A DNA stretch of 59,522 nucleotides from Gaiellaceae bacterium (GCA_041557575.1 JBFFGH010000001.1:1-59522), one strand, 5' to 3'; shown: positions 1-9,521, counted from the first letter of the stretch. Notes: generated by a model from the sequence alone, not told the origin. Program-made: numbers and translations.

Positions 1-29
1 CCCCCCCCGCCAGTCTGATGCTCGTCGCG

Positions 30-1394
30 TCAGGCGGCGACCGACGGGAGCCCCGCGAGCGCCATCGCGACCTCGTCCTCCGAGTACTCGAGGTCTTCGA
101 GCTTGCCGGCGAAGTAGTCGATGTACGCCTGCATGTCGAAGTGCCCGTGCCCGCAGAGGTTGAAGAGGATCGCCTGCGAGACGCCCTCCTCGCGGCACCG
201 GATCGCCTCGTCGATCGTCGCCTTGACGGCGTGGTTCGCCTCCGGCGCCGGGATGATCCCCTCTGCCCTCGCGAACTCGACGCCGGCCGCGAAGACCTCG
301 GTCTGCGTGTACGCGCGCGCCTCGATCAGCCCGAGCTCCTTCAGGTGGCTCACCATCGGAGCCATGCCGTGGTAGCGCAGCCCGCCGGCGTGGAACGGCG
401 GCGGGACGAACGTCGAGCCGAGCGTGTGCATCTTCACGAGCGGCGTCAGGTGGCCCGTGTCGCCGAAGTCGAACGCGTACATGCCCTTCGTCAGGCTCGG
501 GCACGCGCTGGGCTCGACGGCGATGACCCGGATCTTCGCGTCGTCACGCAGCGCGCGGCCGATGAACGGGAAGGAGATGCCCGCGAAGTTCGAGCCGCCA
601 CCGGTGCAGCCGATGACGATGTCCGGGTAGTCCTCCGCCTCGTCCATCTGGATCTGTGCCTCTTCCCCGATCACGGACTGGTGCATGAGCACGTGATTGA
701 GGACCGAGCCGAGCGAGTACTTCGTGTCCTCGTGCGGAGCCGCGGCCTCGACCGCCTCGGAGATCGCGATGCCGAGCGAGCCGGACGAGTCCGGGTGCTC
801 GGCGAGGATCGCGCGCCCGGCGTTCGTCTCCTCCGACGGGCTCGCCACGACGCGCGCGCCGAACGCCTCGATCAGCCCACGCCGGTAGGGCTTCTGGTCG
901 TACGAGACCTTGACCATCCACACGTCGACCTCGAGGCCGAAGATCGCGCCCGCGAACGCGAGCGACGAGCCCCACTGCCCCGCGCCCGTCTCGGTCGTCA
1001 GGCGCTTCACGCCCTCCTGCTTGTTGAAGTAGGCCTGCGCGACAGCCGTGTTCGGCTTGTGGGAGCCGGTCGGCGAGACGCCCTCGTACTTGTAGTAGAT
1101 CCGCGCCGGGGTATCGAGCGCCGCCTCGAGCCGCCGCGCGCGATAGAGCGGGGTCGGCCGCCACAGGCGGTAGACCGAGCGCACCTCCTCCGGGATCGCG
1201 ATGAACCGCTCGGTGGAGACCTCCTGCATGATGATCGCCATCGGGAAGAGCGGCGCGAGGTCGTCCGGCCCGACGGGCTGCCCGGTGCCGGGATGGAGCA
1301 CGGGCGGAGGAGGCTCCGGGAGGTCGGCCGCGACGTTGTACCAGGCCTCCGGAAGGCGGGTCTCGTCGAGGACGTACTTGACGGTGTCGCTCAT
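30..1394 (-). CDS. trpB: TrpB2-type tryptophan synthase beta-like PLP enzyme
   Basis: ORF 30..1397. PLP-lysine motif GSHKPNTA and a TrpB2-like N-terminal extension. SD GGAGAGGAG lies 6 nt before ATG 1394 (GTG 1397 is the alternative start). Confidence 0.85.
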   Translation of the reverse strand: MSDTVKYVLDETRLPEAWYNVAADLPEPPPPVLHPGTGQPVGPDDLAPLFPMAIIMQEVSTERFIAIPEEVRSVYRLWRPTPLYRARRLEAALDTPARIYYKYEGVSPTGSHKPNTAVAQAYFNKQEGVKRLTTETGAGQWGSSLAFAGAIFGLEVDVWMVKVSYDQKPYRRGLIEAFGARVVASPSEETNAGRAILAEHPDSSGSLGIAISEAVEAAAPHEDTKYSLGSVLNHVLMHQSVIGEEAQIQMDEAEDYPDIVIGCTGGGSNFAGISFPFIGRALRDDAKIRVIAVEPSACPSLTKGMYAFDFGDTGHLTPLVKMHTLGSTFVPPPFHAGGLRYHGMAPMVSHLKELGLIEARAYTQTEVFAAGVEFARAEGIIPAPEANHAVKATIDEAIRCREEGVSQAILFNLCGHGHFDMQAYIDYFAGKLEDLEYSEDEVAMALAGLPSVAA

Positions 1395-1485
1395 CACGCG
1401 CTCCTCTCCAGTCTGTGATGTCGGTTAGCGGAGTGTCCCGCATCGCGGAAGACGCGGCAACCGGGAAGCGCTCCGGCATCAGCGA

Positions 1486-1491
1486 TAGGCT
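1486..1491 (+). promoter_or_regulatory. -10-like box TAGGCT (inside CGATAGGCTC), 9 nt before ATG 1501; leaderless candidate
   Basis: TAnnnT hexamer with no SD in the spacer. Confidence 0.45.
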
Positions 1492-1500
1492 CAACCGTCG

Positions 1501-3057
1501 ATGGGCGTGCTCTCCACGCAGGTCGTCACGGACGAGACGTTCGAGCGCCGACGCGCGGCGCTGGAGTCGCTCGTCGCGGAGCTCCGGGCGCGCACGGCGC
1601 TCGTGGCTCAGGGCGGCGGCGACAAGGCGGTCGAGCGCCACCGCTCTCGCGGCAAGCTGACCGCACGCGAGCGGATCGACCGGCTCGTCGACCCCGGCAC
1701 CGCGTTTCTCGAGCTGAACGCCCTCGCGGCGTGGGAGATGTACGAGGGCGACGCGCCCTCCGCGGGAATCGTCACCGGGATCGGCGTGATCGAGGGCCGA
1801 CAGTGCGTCGTCGTCGCGAACGACGCGACCGTGAAAGGCGGCTCCTACTACCCCCTCACCGTGAAGAAGCACCTCCGCGCGCAGGAGGTCGCCCGTCAGA
1901 ACCGGCTGCCCTGCCTCTACCTCGTGGACTCGGGCGGCGCCTTCCTCCCGCTCCAGGCCGAGGTCTTCCCCGACCGCGACCACTTCGGGCGGATCTTCTT
2001 CAACCAGGCGCGGATGTCGGCGCTCGGGATCCCGCAGATCGCCGTCGTCATGGGCTCGTGCACCGCCGGCGGCGCCTACGTGCCGGCGATGTCGGACGAG
2101 ACGGTGATCGTGCGCGGCACCGGGACGATCTTCATCGGCGGCCCGCCGCTCGTGAAGGCCGCGACGGGGCAGGACGTCACCGCCGAGGAGCTCGGCGGCG
2201 CCGACGTCCACACGCGCCGGTCGGGCGTTGCGGATCACTACGCGACCTCCGACGAGCACGCGCTCGCGCTCGCCCGCGAGATCGTCCGCCACCTCGACCC
2301 CCCGCCTCCCGTTCCCTGGGAGCTCGCGCCTCCCGAGGAGCCCGCGGTCGACCCGGCCGACCTGTACGGCCTCGTCCCCGAGGACTTCCGCCACGAGACG
2401 GACGCGCGCGAGGTCGTCGCGCGCATCGTCGACGGCTCCCGCTTCCACGAGTTCAAGGAGCTCTACGGCGAGACGCTCGTGTGCGGGTTCGCGCGCATCG
2501 AGGGCTACCCCGTCGCGATCCTCGCCAACCAGGGCGTCCTCTTCGCCGAGTCCTCGCAGAAGGGCGCCCACTTCGTCGAGCTCGCGTGCAAGCGGCGCAT
2601 CCCTCTCGTCTTCCTCCAGAACATCACCGGCTTCATGGTCGGGAAGGAGTACGAGGAGGGCGGGATCGCGCGCGACGGCGCGAAGCTCGTCATGGCGGTC
2701 GCGTGCGCCGACGTCCCGAAGTTCACCGTCGTCACCGGGGGGTCGTTCGGCGCGGGCAACTACGCGATGTGCGGCCGGGCGTACGAGCCGCGCCAGCTCT
2801 GGATGTGGCCGAACGCGAGGATCTCCGTCATGGGCGGCGAGCAGGCCGCGGCCGTGCTCACCATGGTCGGCGACGCGGACCCCGACGAGATCCGCGCGAC
2901 GTACGAGGCCGAGGGCAACCCCTACTACTCGACGGCGCGGCTCTGGGACGACGGGATCATCGACCCGCTCGACACGCGCCGCGTGCTCGCGCTCGGGCTG
3001 GCTGCGGCGGCGAACGCTCCTGTCCCCGAGACGACGTTCGGCGTCTTCAGGATGTAG
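1501..3057 (+). CDS. mccB: methylcrotonyl-CoA carboxylase beta subunit (carboxyltransferase)
   Basis: 518 aa. Motifs [26 protein letters not shown] and [16 protein letters not shown] are colinear with MCCC2/LiuB as I recall them. Confidence 0.9.
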   Translation: MGVLSTQVVTDETFERRRAALESLVAELRARTALVAQGGGDKAVERHRSRGKLTARERIDRLVDPGTAFLELNALAAWEMYEGDAPSAGIVTGIGVIEGRQCVVVANDATVKGGSYYPLTVKKHLRAQEVARQNRLPCLYLVDSGGAFLPLQAEVFPDRDHFGRIFFNQARMSALGIPQIAVVMGSCTAGGAYVPAMSDETVIVRGTGTIFIGGPPLVKAATGQDVTAEELGGADVHTRRSGVADHYATSDEHALALAREIVRHLDPPPPVPWELAPPEEPAVDPADLYGLVPEDFRHETDAREVVARIVDGSRFHEFKELYGETLVCGFARIEGYPVAILANQGVLFAESSQKGAHFVELACKRRIPLVFLQNITGFMVGKEYEEGGIARDGAKLVMAVACADVPKFTVVTGGSFGAGNYAMCGRAYEPRQLWMWPNARISVMGGEQAAAVLTMVGDADPDEIRATYEAEGNPYYSTARLWDDGIIDPLDTRRVLALGLAAAANAPVPETTFGVFRM

Positions 3058-3086
3058 GCGTGGTCATCCGTCTCCTCATCTGGGAC

Positions 3087-3287
3087 ATGACCGACTCGAT
3101 GACGTCGCTCGACGAGCTACGCGAGCGAGTTCCCGAGCTCGAGTTGCCGAGCACGTGGGTCTGGAACGACGCGACGGAGCGATTCGGGATCCTCTCGTTC
3201 GGCGAGGACCTTCCCGAGGCTGCCGGCTGGGCGCAGGACCTGATCGGCGACGACCCGGACGTCTACGAGGAGTTCGACTCCGCGTAG
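3087..3287 (+). CDS. small acidic hypothetical protein (66 aa; alternative GTG start at 3060)
   Basis: In-frame tail of shadow ORF 1731..3287. Third-position GC is fairly high. The 3' end overlaps the convergent aldolase gene by 25 nt. No clear SD. Confidence 0.35.
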   Translation: MTDSMTSLDELRERVPELELPSTWVWNDATERFGILSFGEDLPEAAGWAQDLIGDDPDVYEEFDSA

Positions 3288-4138
3288 TCGAGCACGTCCG
3301 CCGCCCAGGCGTCGATCTCTTCCCGCTCGTCCGCGCACAGCGCGCGGAGCGGAGCACGGACGTCCTCGCCGATCGGGACGCCGCGGAGAGCGAGGATGCG
3401 CTTGAGCGTCGCCTGGCGCGGGAAGCGCTCGACGAACGCACGCAGCTCGCCCAGGCGTGCCGCACCCTCCGGCGTCGGGTCACGGACGACCGCAGCGACC
3501 TCCACGGGGAAGGCCGAGGCAAGCGCCGAGACCGCGCCGAGCGCCCCGTGCGCCATCCCGTTCGCAATCAGCGCCTCGGGCCCGACGAAGATGTCGAAGC
3601 CGGGAAGGAGGTACTCCGAGAAGCGCTCCCAGGGCGTGTCCGACACCTTCAGGCCCGCGAGGTTCGGCGCGTTCTCGCGGAGCCGCTCGAGCACCGCCGG
3701 AGAGACCGCGTAGCCCGTCGTGGACGCGAACTCGTAGACGTAGAAGGGAAGCGGGGCACAGGCAGCGGCCGCGGCGAGAAAGTGGCCGTACTGCGCTCTC
3801 TCGTCGAGCTTGAAGTACGGAGGACCGATGACGACGACCGCGTCGGCCCCGACCTCCGCCGCGTGCGCGGCGAGCTCGACGGTGTCGGCGGTGGTCTGGG
3901 CGCCGCAGTGGACGGCGACCTTGAGCCGCTGGTCGGCGGCCTGCAGGAACAGGTTCGCCACGCTCCGCCTCTCCGCGAGTCGGAGCAGGATCCCCTCCCC
4001 CGCGGTCCCGAGGGCCAGCACGCCGTCCAGCCCGGACTCGACGTAGAAGTCGACGAGCGGGCCGAAGGCATCGGCGTCGATCTCGCTCCCGTGCGCGCGC
4101 AGCGGGGTGACCGACGCGGCGAATGCCCCTCTCAGCAC
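3263..4138 (-). CDS. DHDPS/NAL-family class I aldolase (DapA-like)
   Basis: 291 aa. GTAGEG motif, YVYEF tyrosine and LAGLKVSD Schiff-base lysine motif. Confidence 0.85.
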   Translation of the reverse strand: MLRGAFAASVTPLRAHGSEIDADAFGPLVDFYVESGLDGVLALGTAGEGILLRLAERRSVANLFLQAADQRLKVAVHCGAQTTADTVELAAHAAEVGADAVVVIGPPYFKLDERAQYGHFLAAAAACAPLPFYVYEFASTTGYAVSPAVLERLRENAPNLAGLKVSDTPWERFSEYLLPGFDIFVGPEALIANGMAHGALGAVSALASAFPVEVAAVVRDPTPEGAARLGELRAFVERFPRQATLKRILALRGVPIGEDVRAPLRALCADEREEIDAWAADVLDYAESNSS

Positions 4139-4148
4139 GGCCTCACTC

Positions 4149-4154
4149 TAAGCT
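4149..4154 (+). promoter_or_regulatory. -10-like box TAAGCT, 7 nt before ATG 4162; leaderless candidate
   Basis: TAnnnT hexamer with no SD. Confidence 0.4.
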
Positions 4155-4161
4155 GCGCGAG

Positions 4162-4920
4162 ATGAGCGCGCTGAAGGTGGAGCGGGACGGCGAGGTCCTC
4201 CACGTCACGCTCGCGCGGCCCGAGCGCAGGAACGCCTTCGACGCCGGGCTGATCGCCGAGCTCACCGACGCGTTCTCCGACGTCGGAGACGCGCGTGCGG
4301 TGCTGCTCACCGGCGAGGGCCCGAGCTTCTGCGCCGGCGCAGACGTCGAGTGGCAGCGAGCGTCGATCGACCTCTCCTACGAGGAGAACGTCGAGGACGC
4401 GCTGCGGCTCTACCGGATGATGGAGGCCGTGGACGCGTGCCCTGCTCCCGTCGTGTGCTGCATCCACGGGTACGCCCTCGGCGGCGGCTCCGGGCTCGTC
4501 GCCGCCTCGGACATCGCCGTCGCCTGGCCGGATGCGGTCTTCGGGTTCACGGAGGTTCGCCTCGGGATCATCCCGGCCGTCATCTCCCCCTTCGTTCTCC
4601 CGAAGATCGGCGAGCACGCGCGCCGCTACTTCGTGACGGGCGAGCGGTTCGACGCCCACGTCGCGCTCCGCATCGGGCTCGTCAGCGAGGTCGCGGTCGA
4701 CGCGGGCACGCGGAGCGAGGAGATCATCGGCGACATCCTCGCGGGCGCGCCGATCGCCGCCCGCGAGGCGAAGCGGCTCGTGCGCGAGCGCCCGCAAGGG
4801 ATCGCGACGGCGCACATCGCCGCCGAGCGGCGAACGAGCGACGAGGGCCAGGACGGCCTGCGGGCGTTCCTCGAGCGGCGCCCGCCCGGCTGGGCACCCC
4901 CACCCGACGAGTCGCTCTAG
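4162..4920 (+). CDS. enoyl-CoA hydratase/isomerase (crotonase) family; methylglutaconyl-CoA hydratase-like by context
   Basis: ORF 4123..4920 trimmed to Met14 so it does not overlap the aldolase start. Motifs FCAGADV and GYALGGG. Confidence 0.85.
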   Translation: MSALKVERDGEVLHVTLARPERRNAFDAGLIAELTDAFSDVGDARAVLLTGEGPSFCAGADVEWQRASIDLSYEENVEDALRLYRMMEAVDACPAPVVCCIHGYALGGGSGLVAASDIAVAWPDAVFGFTEVRLGIIPAVISPFVLPKIGEHARRYFVTGERFDAHVALRIGLVSEVAVDAGTRSEEIIGDILAGAPIAAREAKRLVRERPQGIATAHIAAERRTSDEGQDGLRAFLERRPPGWAPPPDESL

Positions 4921-4924
4921 CGGG

Positions 4925-6097
4925 CTAGGCGGCGAGTGGCTCGGCCGCGACCCTGCGGTGGGGCGACGGAAGGAACAGGCAGAGGAGGACGCCGACGGCG
5001 GGTGCGAGCGCGGCCGTCACCAGGGCCGCCTCGAGGTCGACCGAGTCGGCGAGGCCGCCGAGGGCGACTGCCGCGACGCCCCCGATTCCCATCGCGAGCC
5101 CGACGGCAAGGCCGCTCGCCATGCCGGTCCGGTTGGGCAGGTACATCTGGGAGAGGACGATCGTGATGCCGAACGTGCCGACGACGCAGAAGCCGACGCC
5201 CATGAGCGCAAGCGTTCCTGCGATGCCTCCGACCTCGAGGAAGACGAGGATCAGCGGCGGGAGAGCTGCCTGCGTGACGAGCAGCGTGCGCCGGAGGCCC
5301 ACCCGGTCCGCGATCGACCCGAGGGCCAGCGTCCCGACGACCCCGGCGACGAGCATGGCGGAGAGCTCCCGGTTCCCCTCGCCCTCGCTGCCCCCCTGGG
5401 AGACGACCCAGAGCGGGACGAAGGTGAGGAGCGCGAACCAGGCGACGCTCCGGAGCGCGATCACTCCGGCGAGCACGGTCATGGCGCCGGCCCGGGTCTC
5501 GCCCGAGGGCGCAGCCTGCGACCCGCCGGACGGCCTCAGCCCGGCGAGCCTCGGGAGCGCGCGCGCGAGGGCCACCGAGACGACGAGCGCGGGCACCGCG
5601 GCCAGCGCACCGCCTCTCAGGCCGAGCCAGAGGACGAGCGGCGTGACCAGGATCGGTCCGAGCGCGTACCCCATGTTGCCGCCGACGTTGAAGAGCGACA
5701 TCCCGCTCGCCCGTCTCGCGGTGCTCGCGTACGCCGCGAACTTCGCACCCTCGGGGTGGTAGGCCGCTATCCCGATCCCCGCCGCGAACGTGAACACGAG
5801 GGCGGTCGCGTAGACCGGGGAGAGCGCGACGAGCGCCGTGCCGACGGCCGCGAGCGCGAGTCCGCCGGGGAGGAGCCAGAGCGCCCCGCGCCGGTCGGAC
5901 CAGAGGCCGAAGAGCGGCTGGACGAGAGACGAGGAGGCGGTGACCGCGAGCATCAGCGCCCCCGCCGCCACGTAGTCGAGGTGGAACTCGGCGACGAGGA
6001 AGGGGATCAGCGCGGGAATCGCGCCCGAGGCGAAGTCGACGCCGCCGTGGCCCGCCGACAGCGTCGCGATCGCCCGGCGATCCATGTCGTCCCGCAC
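4925..6097 (-). CDS. MFS transporter
   Basis: 390 aa and polytopic, about 12 hydrophobic spans. GTG 6097 is the start (ATG 6085 is the alternative). Confidence 0.8.
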   Translation of the reverse strand: MRDDMDRRAIATLSAGHGGVDFASGAIPALIPFLVAEFHLDYVAAGALMLAVTASSSLVQPLFGLWSDRRGALWLLPGGLALAAVGTALVALSPVYATALVFTFAAGIGIAAYHPEGAKFAAYASTARRASGMSLFNVGGNMGYALGPILVTPLVLWLGLRGGALAAVPALVVSVALARALPRLAGLRPSGGSQAAPSGETRAGAMTVLAGVIALRSVAWFALLTFVPLWVVSQGGSEGEGNRELSAMLVAGVVGTLALGSIADRVGLRRTLLVTQAALPPLILVFLEVGGIAGTLALMGVGFCVVGTFGITIVLSQMYLPNRTGMASGLAVGLAMGIGGVAAVALGGLADSVDLEAALVTAALAPAVGVLLCLFLPSPHRRVAAEPLAA

Positions 6098-6103
6098 GGG
6101 CGC

Positions 6104-6109
6104 AGGCTA
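6104..6109 (-). promoter_or_regulatory. -10-like box TAGCCT (inside CGATAGCCTG), 6 nt before GTG 6097; leaderless candidate
   Basis: TAnnnT hexamer on the minus strand. Confidence 0.4.
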
Positions 6110-6144
6110 TCGACGCGCCTGGCCACGCTCGCAGTCGTGCGCGC

Positions 6145-6531
6145 CTAGCGGCTCTCGAGGTACTTCTTCAGCCCGAGGAAGGGGAGGATCCAGACCGCGA
6201 TAAGCGACACGAACCACACGACCACCGTCGCCCCGATCCACGTCCCGATGCCGCTGACCGAGAGGCCGTCGGAGAAGATGTCGGTGATGACGAGCGCGAC
6301 GAACGTCGAGATCAGAGCCACGCCGCCGAGCGCGGCCGCCGACGAGTCGTTCCTGCGGAGCACGCTGACGATGAACGGCGTGAGGACCGCGAACGACACG
6401 GTGAAGATGACCACCGCGACGATGAACGACGTCAGGTCGATGTCGAAGCCGCTGAAGACGAGCGACGCGACGATGAGGCCGACCGCGTTCCCGAGCAGCC
6501 CGATCCCGGTTCGTACGAGGAACCTGACCAT
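6145..6531 (-). CDS. 4-TM membrane protein, divergent holin-superfamily-IV/YvlD-like
   Basis: 128 aa with four hydrophobic helices. It resembles the gene at 8693..9100 in length, topology and the GxWxGATVVVW segment. Confidence 0.7.
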   Translation of the reverse strand: MVRFLVRTGIGLLGNAVGLIVASLVFSGFDIDLTSFIVAVVIFTVSFAVLTPFIVSVLRRNDSSAAALGGVALISTFVALVITDIFSDGLSVSGIGTWIGATVVVWFVSLIAVWILPFLGLKKYLESR

Positions 6532-6539
6532 CGCTCGCG

Positions 6540-6545
6540 AGCCTA
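6540..6545 (-). promoter_or_regulatory. -10-like box TAGGCT, 8 nt before ATG 6531; leaderless candidate
   Basis: TAnnnT hexamer on the minus strand, in the divergent region shared with the carboxylase alpha gene. Confidence 0.4.
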
Positions 6546-6577
6546 TAGAGGGCGACCTTCGCGTTCAAGCCGGGCCG

Positions 6578-6583
6578 TAGAGT
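6578..6583 (+). promoter_or_regulatory. -10-like box TAGAGT, 8 nt before GTG 6592; leaderless candidate
   Basis: TAnnnT hexamer with no SD. Confidence 0.4.
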
Positions 6584-6591
6584 TCCCTGCG

Positions 6592-8232
6592 GTGCAGATC
6601 AGCAAGCTGCTCGTCGCGAACCGAGGGGAGATCGCCGTCCGGGTCTTCCGGACCTGCCGCGAGCTCGGGATCGCGACGGTCGCCGTCGTCGCACCGGACG
6701 ATCGCGGCTCGCTGCATGCGCGCAGCGCCGACGAGGTCGTGGAGATCGGGAGCTACCTGCACTCGGAGGAGCACATCCGTGCCGCGGCGCAGACCGGCGC
6801 GGACGCGATCCACCCCGGATACGGCTTCCTCGCCGAGAACGCGAACTTCGCAGCCGCGGTCGAGAGCGCCGGCGTCACGTGGATCGGCCCCCCGGCCGAC
6901 GCGCTGCGTCTGGGCGGGGACAAGCTCGAGGCGAAGCGGATCGCGCGTGAGGCCGGAGCTCCCGTGCTCGCGGACGGGTCTCCGGACGAGGTCGGCTTCC
7001 CGCTCCTCGTGAAGGCGGCGGCAGGCGGCGGCGGCCGGGGCATGCGGGTCGTGCTCTCGGAGGCCGAGCTCGACGACGCGCTCGCGGCGGCGGAGCGCGA
7101 GGCCGCGGGTGCCTTCGGAGACGGCACCGTCTACTGCGAGCGCTACCTCGAGCGCCCGCGACACGTCGAGGTACAGCTCCTCGCGGACGCGCACGGGACG
7201 GTGGTCGCCGTCGGCGAGCGCGACTGCTCGGTGCAGCGGCGCCATCAGAAGGTGCTGGAGGAGTCCCCTGCGCCCGGCCTCTCGCCCGAGCTGCGAACGG
7301 CGCTCCACGAGGCCGCGGTGGCCTTCGGCCGCGCAATCGGATATCGGAGCGCCGGAACCGTCGAGTTCGTCCTCGAGGGGGACGAGCTCTTCTTCCTCGA
7401 GCTCAACGGTCGCATCCAGGTCGAGCATCCGGTCACGGAGGCGGTGACGGGCCTCGACCTCGTCGCCGAGCAGATCCGCATCGCCGGCGGGGAGGCCCTT
7501 GCGCCGGACGGCTACCGCTCAGCGGGTCACTCCGTCGAGGTGCGGCTCTACGCGGAGGACCCACGCACGTTCCTCCCTCAGGCCGGTCGCATCGAGCGCC
7601 TCCGGCTGCCGCCGACCGGCGCTCGCGAGAGGGGACGCGATCTCCGGGTGGACAGCGGGGTCGAGGAGGGGGACGAGGTCGGCCTCGCGTACGACCCGAT
7701 GATCGCGAAGCTCGTCGCCCACGGGCCCGACCGCGAGGCCGCGCTCGACGAGCTCGCCGCCGCGCTCGAGGAGACCGTCGTCGAGGGAGTCGTCACGAAC
7801 CTCCCGTTCCTCCGCTGGCTCGTCGCACACCCGGTTGTTCGGGCGGGAGAGGCGACGACGGCGTTCCTCACCGAGCATCCTCCGCTGTCCGCGCTTCCCC
7901 TGCGCACCGCCGCCCGCCCGTTCCGCGCGCCCTGGCGGCTCAACCTGCCCGCTCCCCCACCGTCCTCGCCGCCGGACGTCGATCGCGAGTCCCGTGGCCA
8001 TGGCCCCGCTCACGGAGCGAGCGCGGTGACGGCGCCGATGCCGGGCACGGTCATCAGCGTCGAGGTGGCCGCCGGAGACGACGTGCAGGCACGCCGCCCG
8101 CTGGTCGTCCTCGAGGCGATGAAGATGGAGATCCCCGTGCACTCGCCCTTCGAGGGCACGGTCACCGCCGTTCACGTCGCGCCCGGCGACCGCGTCGCGG
8201 GGGGCACCCTCCTGGTCGAGCTCGAGTCGTAG
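6592..8232 (+). CDS. biotin-dependent acyl-CoA carboxylase alpha subunit (biotin carboxylase + BCCP), MCC alpha by context
   Basis: 546 aa. The N-terminus KLLVANRGEIAVRV opens an ATP-grasp biotin carboxylase domain. The C-terminal VLEAMKME is the biotinyl-lysine motif. Confidence 0.9.
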   Translation: MQISKLLVANRGEIAVRVFRTCRELGIATVAVVAPDDRGSLHARSADEVVEIGSYLHSEEHIRAAAQTGADAIHPGYGFLAENANFAAAVESAGVTWIGPPADALRLGGDKLEAKRIAREAGAPVLADGSPDEVGFPLLVKAAAGGGGRGMRVVLSEAELDDALAAAEREAAGAFGDGTVYCERYLERPRHVEVQLLADAHGTVVAVGERDCSVQRRHQKVLEESPAPGLSPELRTALHEAAVAFGRAIGYRSAGTVEFVLEGDELFFLELNGRIQVEHPVTEAVTGLDLVAEQIRIAGGEALAPDGYRSAGHSVEVRLYAEDPRTFLPQAGRIERLRLPPTGARERGRDLRVDSGVEEGDEVGLAYDPMIAKLVAHGPDREAALDELAAALEETVVEGVVTNLPFLRWLVAHPVVRAGEATTAFLTEHPPLSALPLRTAARPFRAPWRLNLPAPPPSSPPDVDRESRGHGPAHGASAVTAPMPGTVISVEVAAGDDVQARRPLVVLEAMKMEIPVHSPFEGTVTAVHVAPGDRVAGGTLLVELES

Positions 8233-8251
8233 CCCGGCTACGTGCCGGGCT
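8231..8251. terminator. GC hairpin between convergent genes (8-bp stem, loop TACGT)
   Basis: agcccggc-tacgt-gccgggct. It spans both stop codons (TAG 8230-8232 and CTA 8238-8240). Confidence 0.35.
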
Positions 8252-8696
8252 TCACGACCATGAGGAAGACGATGATCACGAGCACGAGGATCAATACCCT
8301 CGCGAAGACGACGAGCCGGTTCGTGCGCGCGAGGAGCTCGGGGGACGGCCCTTCCGCGGCGATCTGCCTGCCTACCCGCCCGAGCGCAGGCGTCACGTAG
8401 CCGAAGGCGAGCCCGGCGACGACGACCCAGAGCACGAGGCCGAGCCAGATGAACGGCTCGCCCCAGCTCCAGCCGCCGTCCCCCATCAGCGCGAAGCCCG
8501 TCACGAGCACGATCACCGACGTCGGCATGAAGAGGCGGGTGACGACCCAGTAGACGTCTCGGCCGAACGCCGCGTTGCGCGCAGGGTCCTTGGAGCGCTG
8601 CGCCAGGAAGCCGAAGAGCTGGGCGGTGACGGCACCGCCGACCCACACCACCGTGCCGGTGATGTGCAGGAACAGCCAGAGCTCGTACGAGGTCAC
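8238..8696 (-). CDS. DUF2269-like integral membrane protein
   Basis: ORF 8238..9062 trimmed to GTG 8696. The upstream part is Arg-rich shadow sequence. The GTG overlaps the upstream TGA stop (GTGA). Four hydrophobic helices. Confidence 0.7.
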   Translation of the reverse strand: MTSYELWLFLHITGTVVWVGGAVTAQLFGFLAQRSKDPARNAAFGRDVYWVVTRLFMPTSVIVLVTGFALMGDGGWSWGEPFIWLGLVLWVVVAGLAFGYVTPALGRVGRQIAAEGPSPELLARTNRLVVFARVLILVLVIIVFLMVVKPGT

Positions 8697-9100
8697 GGGC
8701 GCACCAGTCTGGCACCGCCGGATCGGGACGGCTTGCCGGAGATCCGGTCGAGCAGCCAGCCCATCACGACGTTCACCAGCCAGACCACGATCGTCGCCCC
8801 GACGTACGTCCAGAACCCGTCGATCGAGAAGTCGGGGGCGATCCACTCCGCGAGCGCGATCATCAGCACGTTGATCCCGAAATACGCGAGGCCCAGCGTC
8901 ACGACGATGAGCGGCAGCGTGAGGATCGCCAGGATCGGCTTCAGGATCGCGTTGCCGACCGTCAGCACGGCGGCCCCGAGGAGGAGCGACCCCCAGCGCC
9001 CGATCGCGACTCCGTCGAAGAGCCAGTCGACGACGATGAGCGCGAGGGTGTTGACCCCCCACAGGACGAGGAAGCGGGCGAGGAGCATCGTCCCCGTCAC
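8693..9100 (-). CDS. holin-superfamily-IV / YvlD (PF04020-like) 4-TM membrane protein
   Basis: 135 aa. Segments ILKPILAILTLPLIVVTLGL and FxIDGFWT match YvlD-family proteins as I recall them. Start is GTG 9100 or ATG 9088. Confidence 0.75.
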   Translation of the reverse strand: MTGTMLLARFLVLWGVNTLALIVVDWLFDGVAIGRWGSLLLGAAVLTVGNAILKPILAILTLPLIVVTLGLAYFGINVLMIALAEWIAPDFSIDGFWTYVGATIVVWLVNVVMGWLLDRISGKPSRSGGARLVRP

Positions 9101-9182
9101 CGGCTCCCGACGCGGTCCGCGATCCTCGAGCGCGATCCGGTCACGCGGCCGGGATCCGCCCGGCGGAGCTCGACCTCCGGGC

Positions 9183-9488
9183 TCAAAAGATCTTCTGGAG
9201 CTTCATGGCCGCACCCATGTCGCCCCTGATCTTGAGCTTGCCCGTCATGTATGCCGTCGTTGCGTTCTGCTCGCCGGCGATGATCTTCTCGAAGCTCTCC
9301 TCGCTCGCGGAGAAGGTGCAGTCGGCGTCGCCCGCCCCTTCGGCGACGGTGATCGCGCCGTCCGCGATCGCGACCGTCCACGCGCCTGCTCCCTCGATCT
9401 CGAATGCGTACGTGTTGCTCATCCCGGCGATGCTGTCGGCCGAAACCCGCCCCGGAAGGCCCTCGAAGAACTCCTGGACGCTGCTCAT
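9183..9488 (-). CDS. SCP2 sterol/lipid-binding domain protein
   Basis: 101 aa ending in the typical SCP2 tail TGKLKIRGDMGAAMKLQKIF. SD GGAGAG is present. Confidence 0.8.
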   Translation of the reverse strand: MSSVQEFFEGLPGRVSADSIAGMSNTYAFEIEGAGAWTVAIADGAITVAEGAGDADCTFSASEESFEKIIAGEQNATTAYMTGKLKIRGDMGAAMKLQKIF

Positions 9489-9521
9489 CGATCTCTCCTC
9501 TCGACGTCTCGATCCGGGCTG

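Noticed and set aside
3263-4138. The DHDPS-family aldolase as the missing HMG-CoA lyase of the leucine pathway.
   Set aside because: HMG-CoA lyase belongs to a different (DRE-TIM metallolyase) family. This protein has the class I Schiff-base lysine and GTxGE motifs of pyruvate-dependent aldolases. Its opposite strand also argues against operon membership.
6145-9100. The holin-superfamily-IV-like genes as a prophage lysis cassette.
   Set aside because: There is no endolysin, spanin, capsid, tail or integrase gene nearby. YvlD-like proteins are widespread chromosomal membrane proteins.
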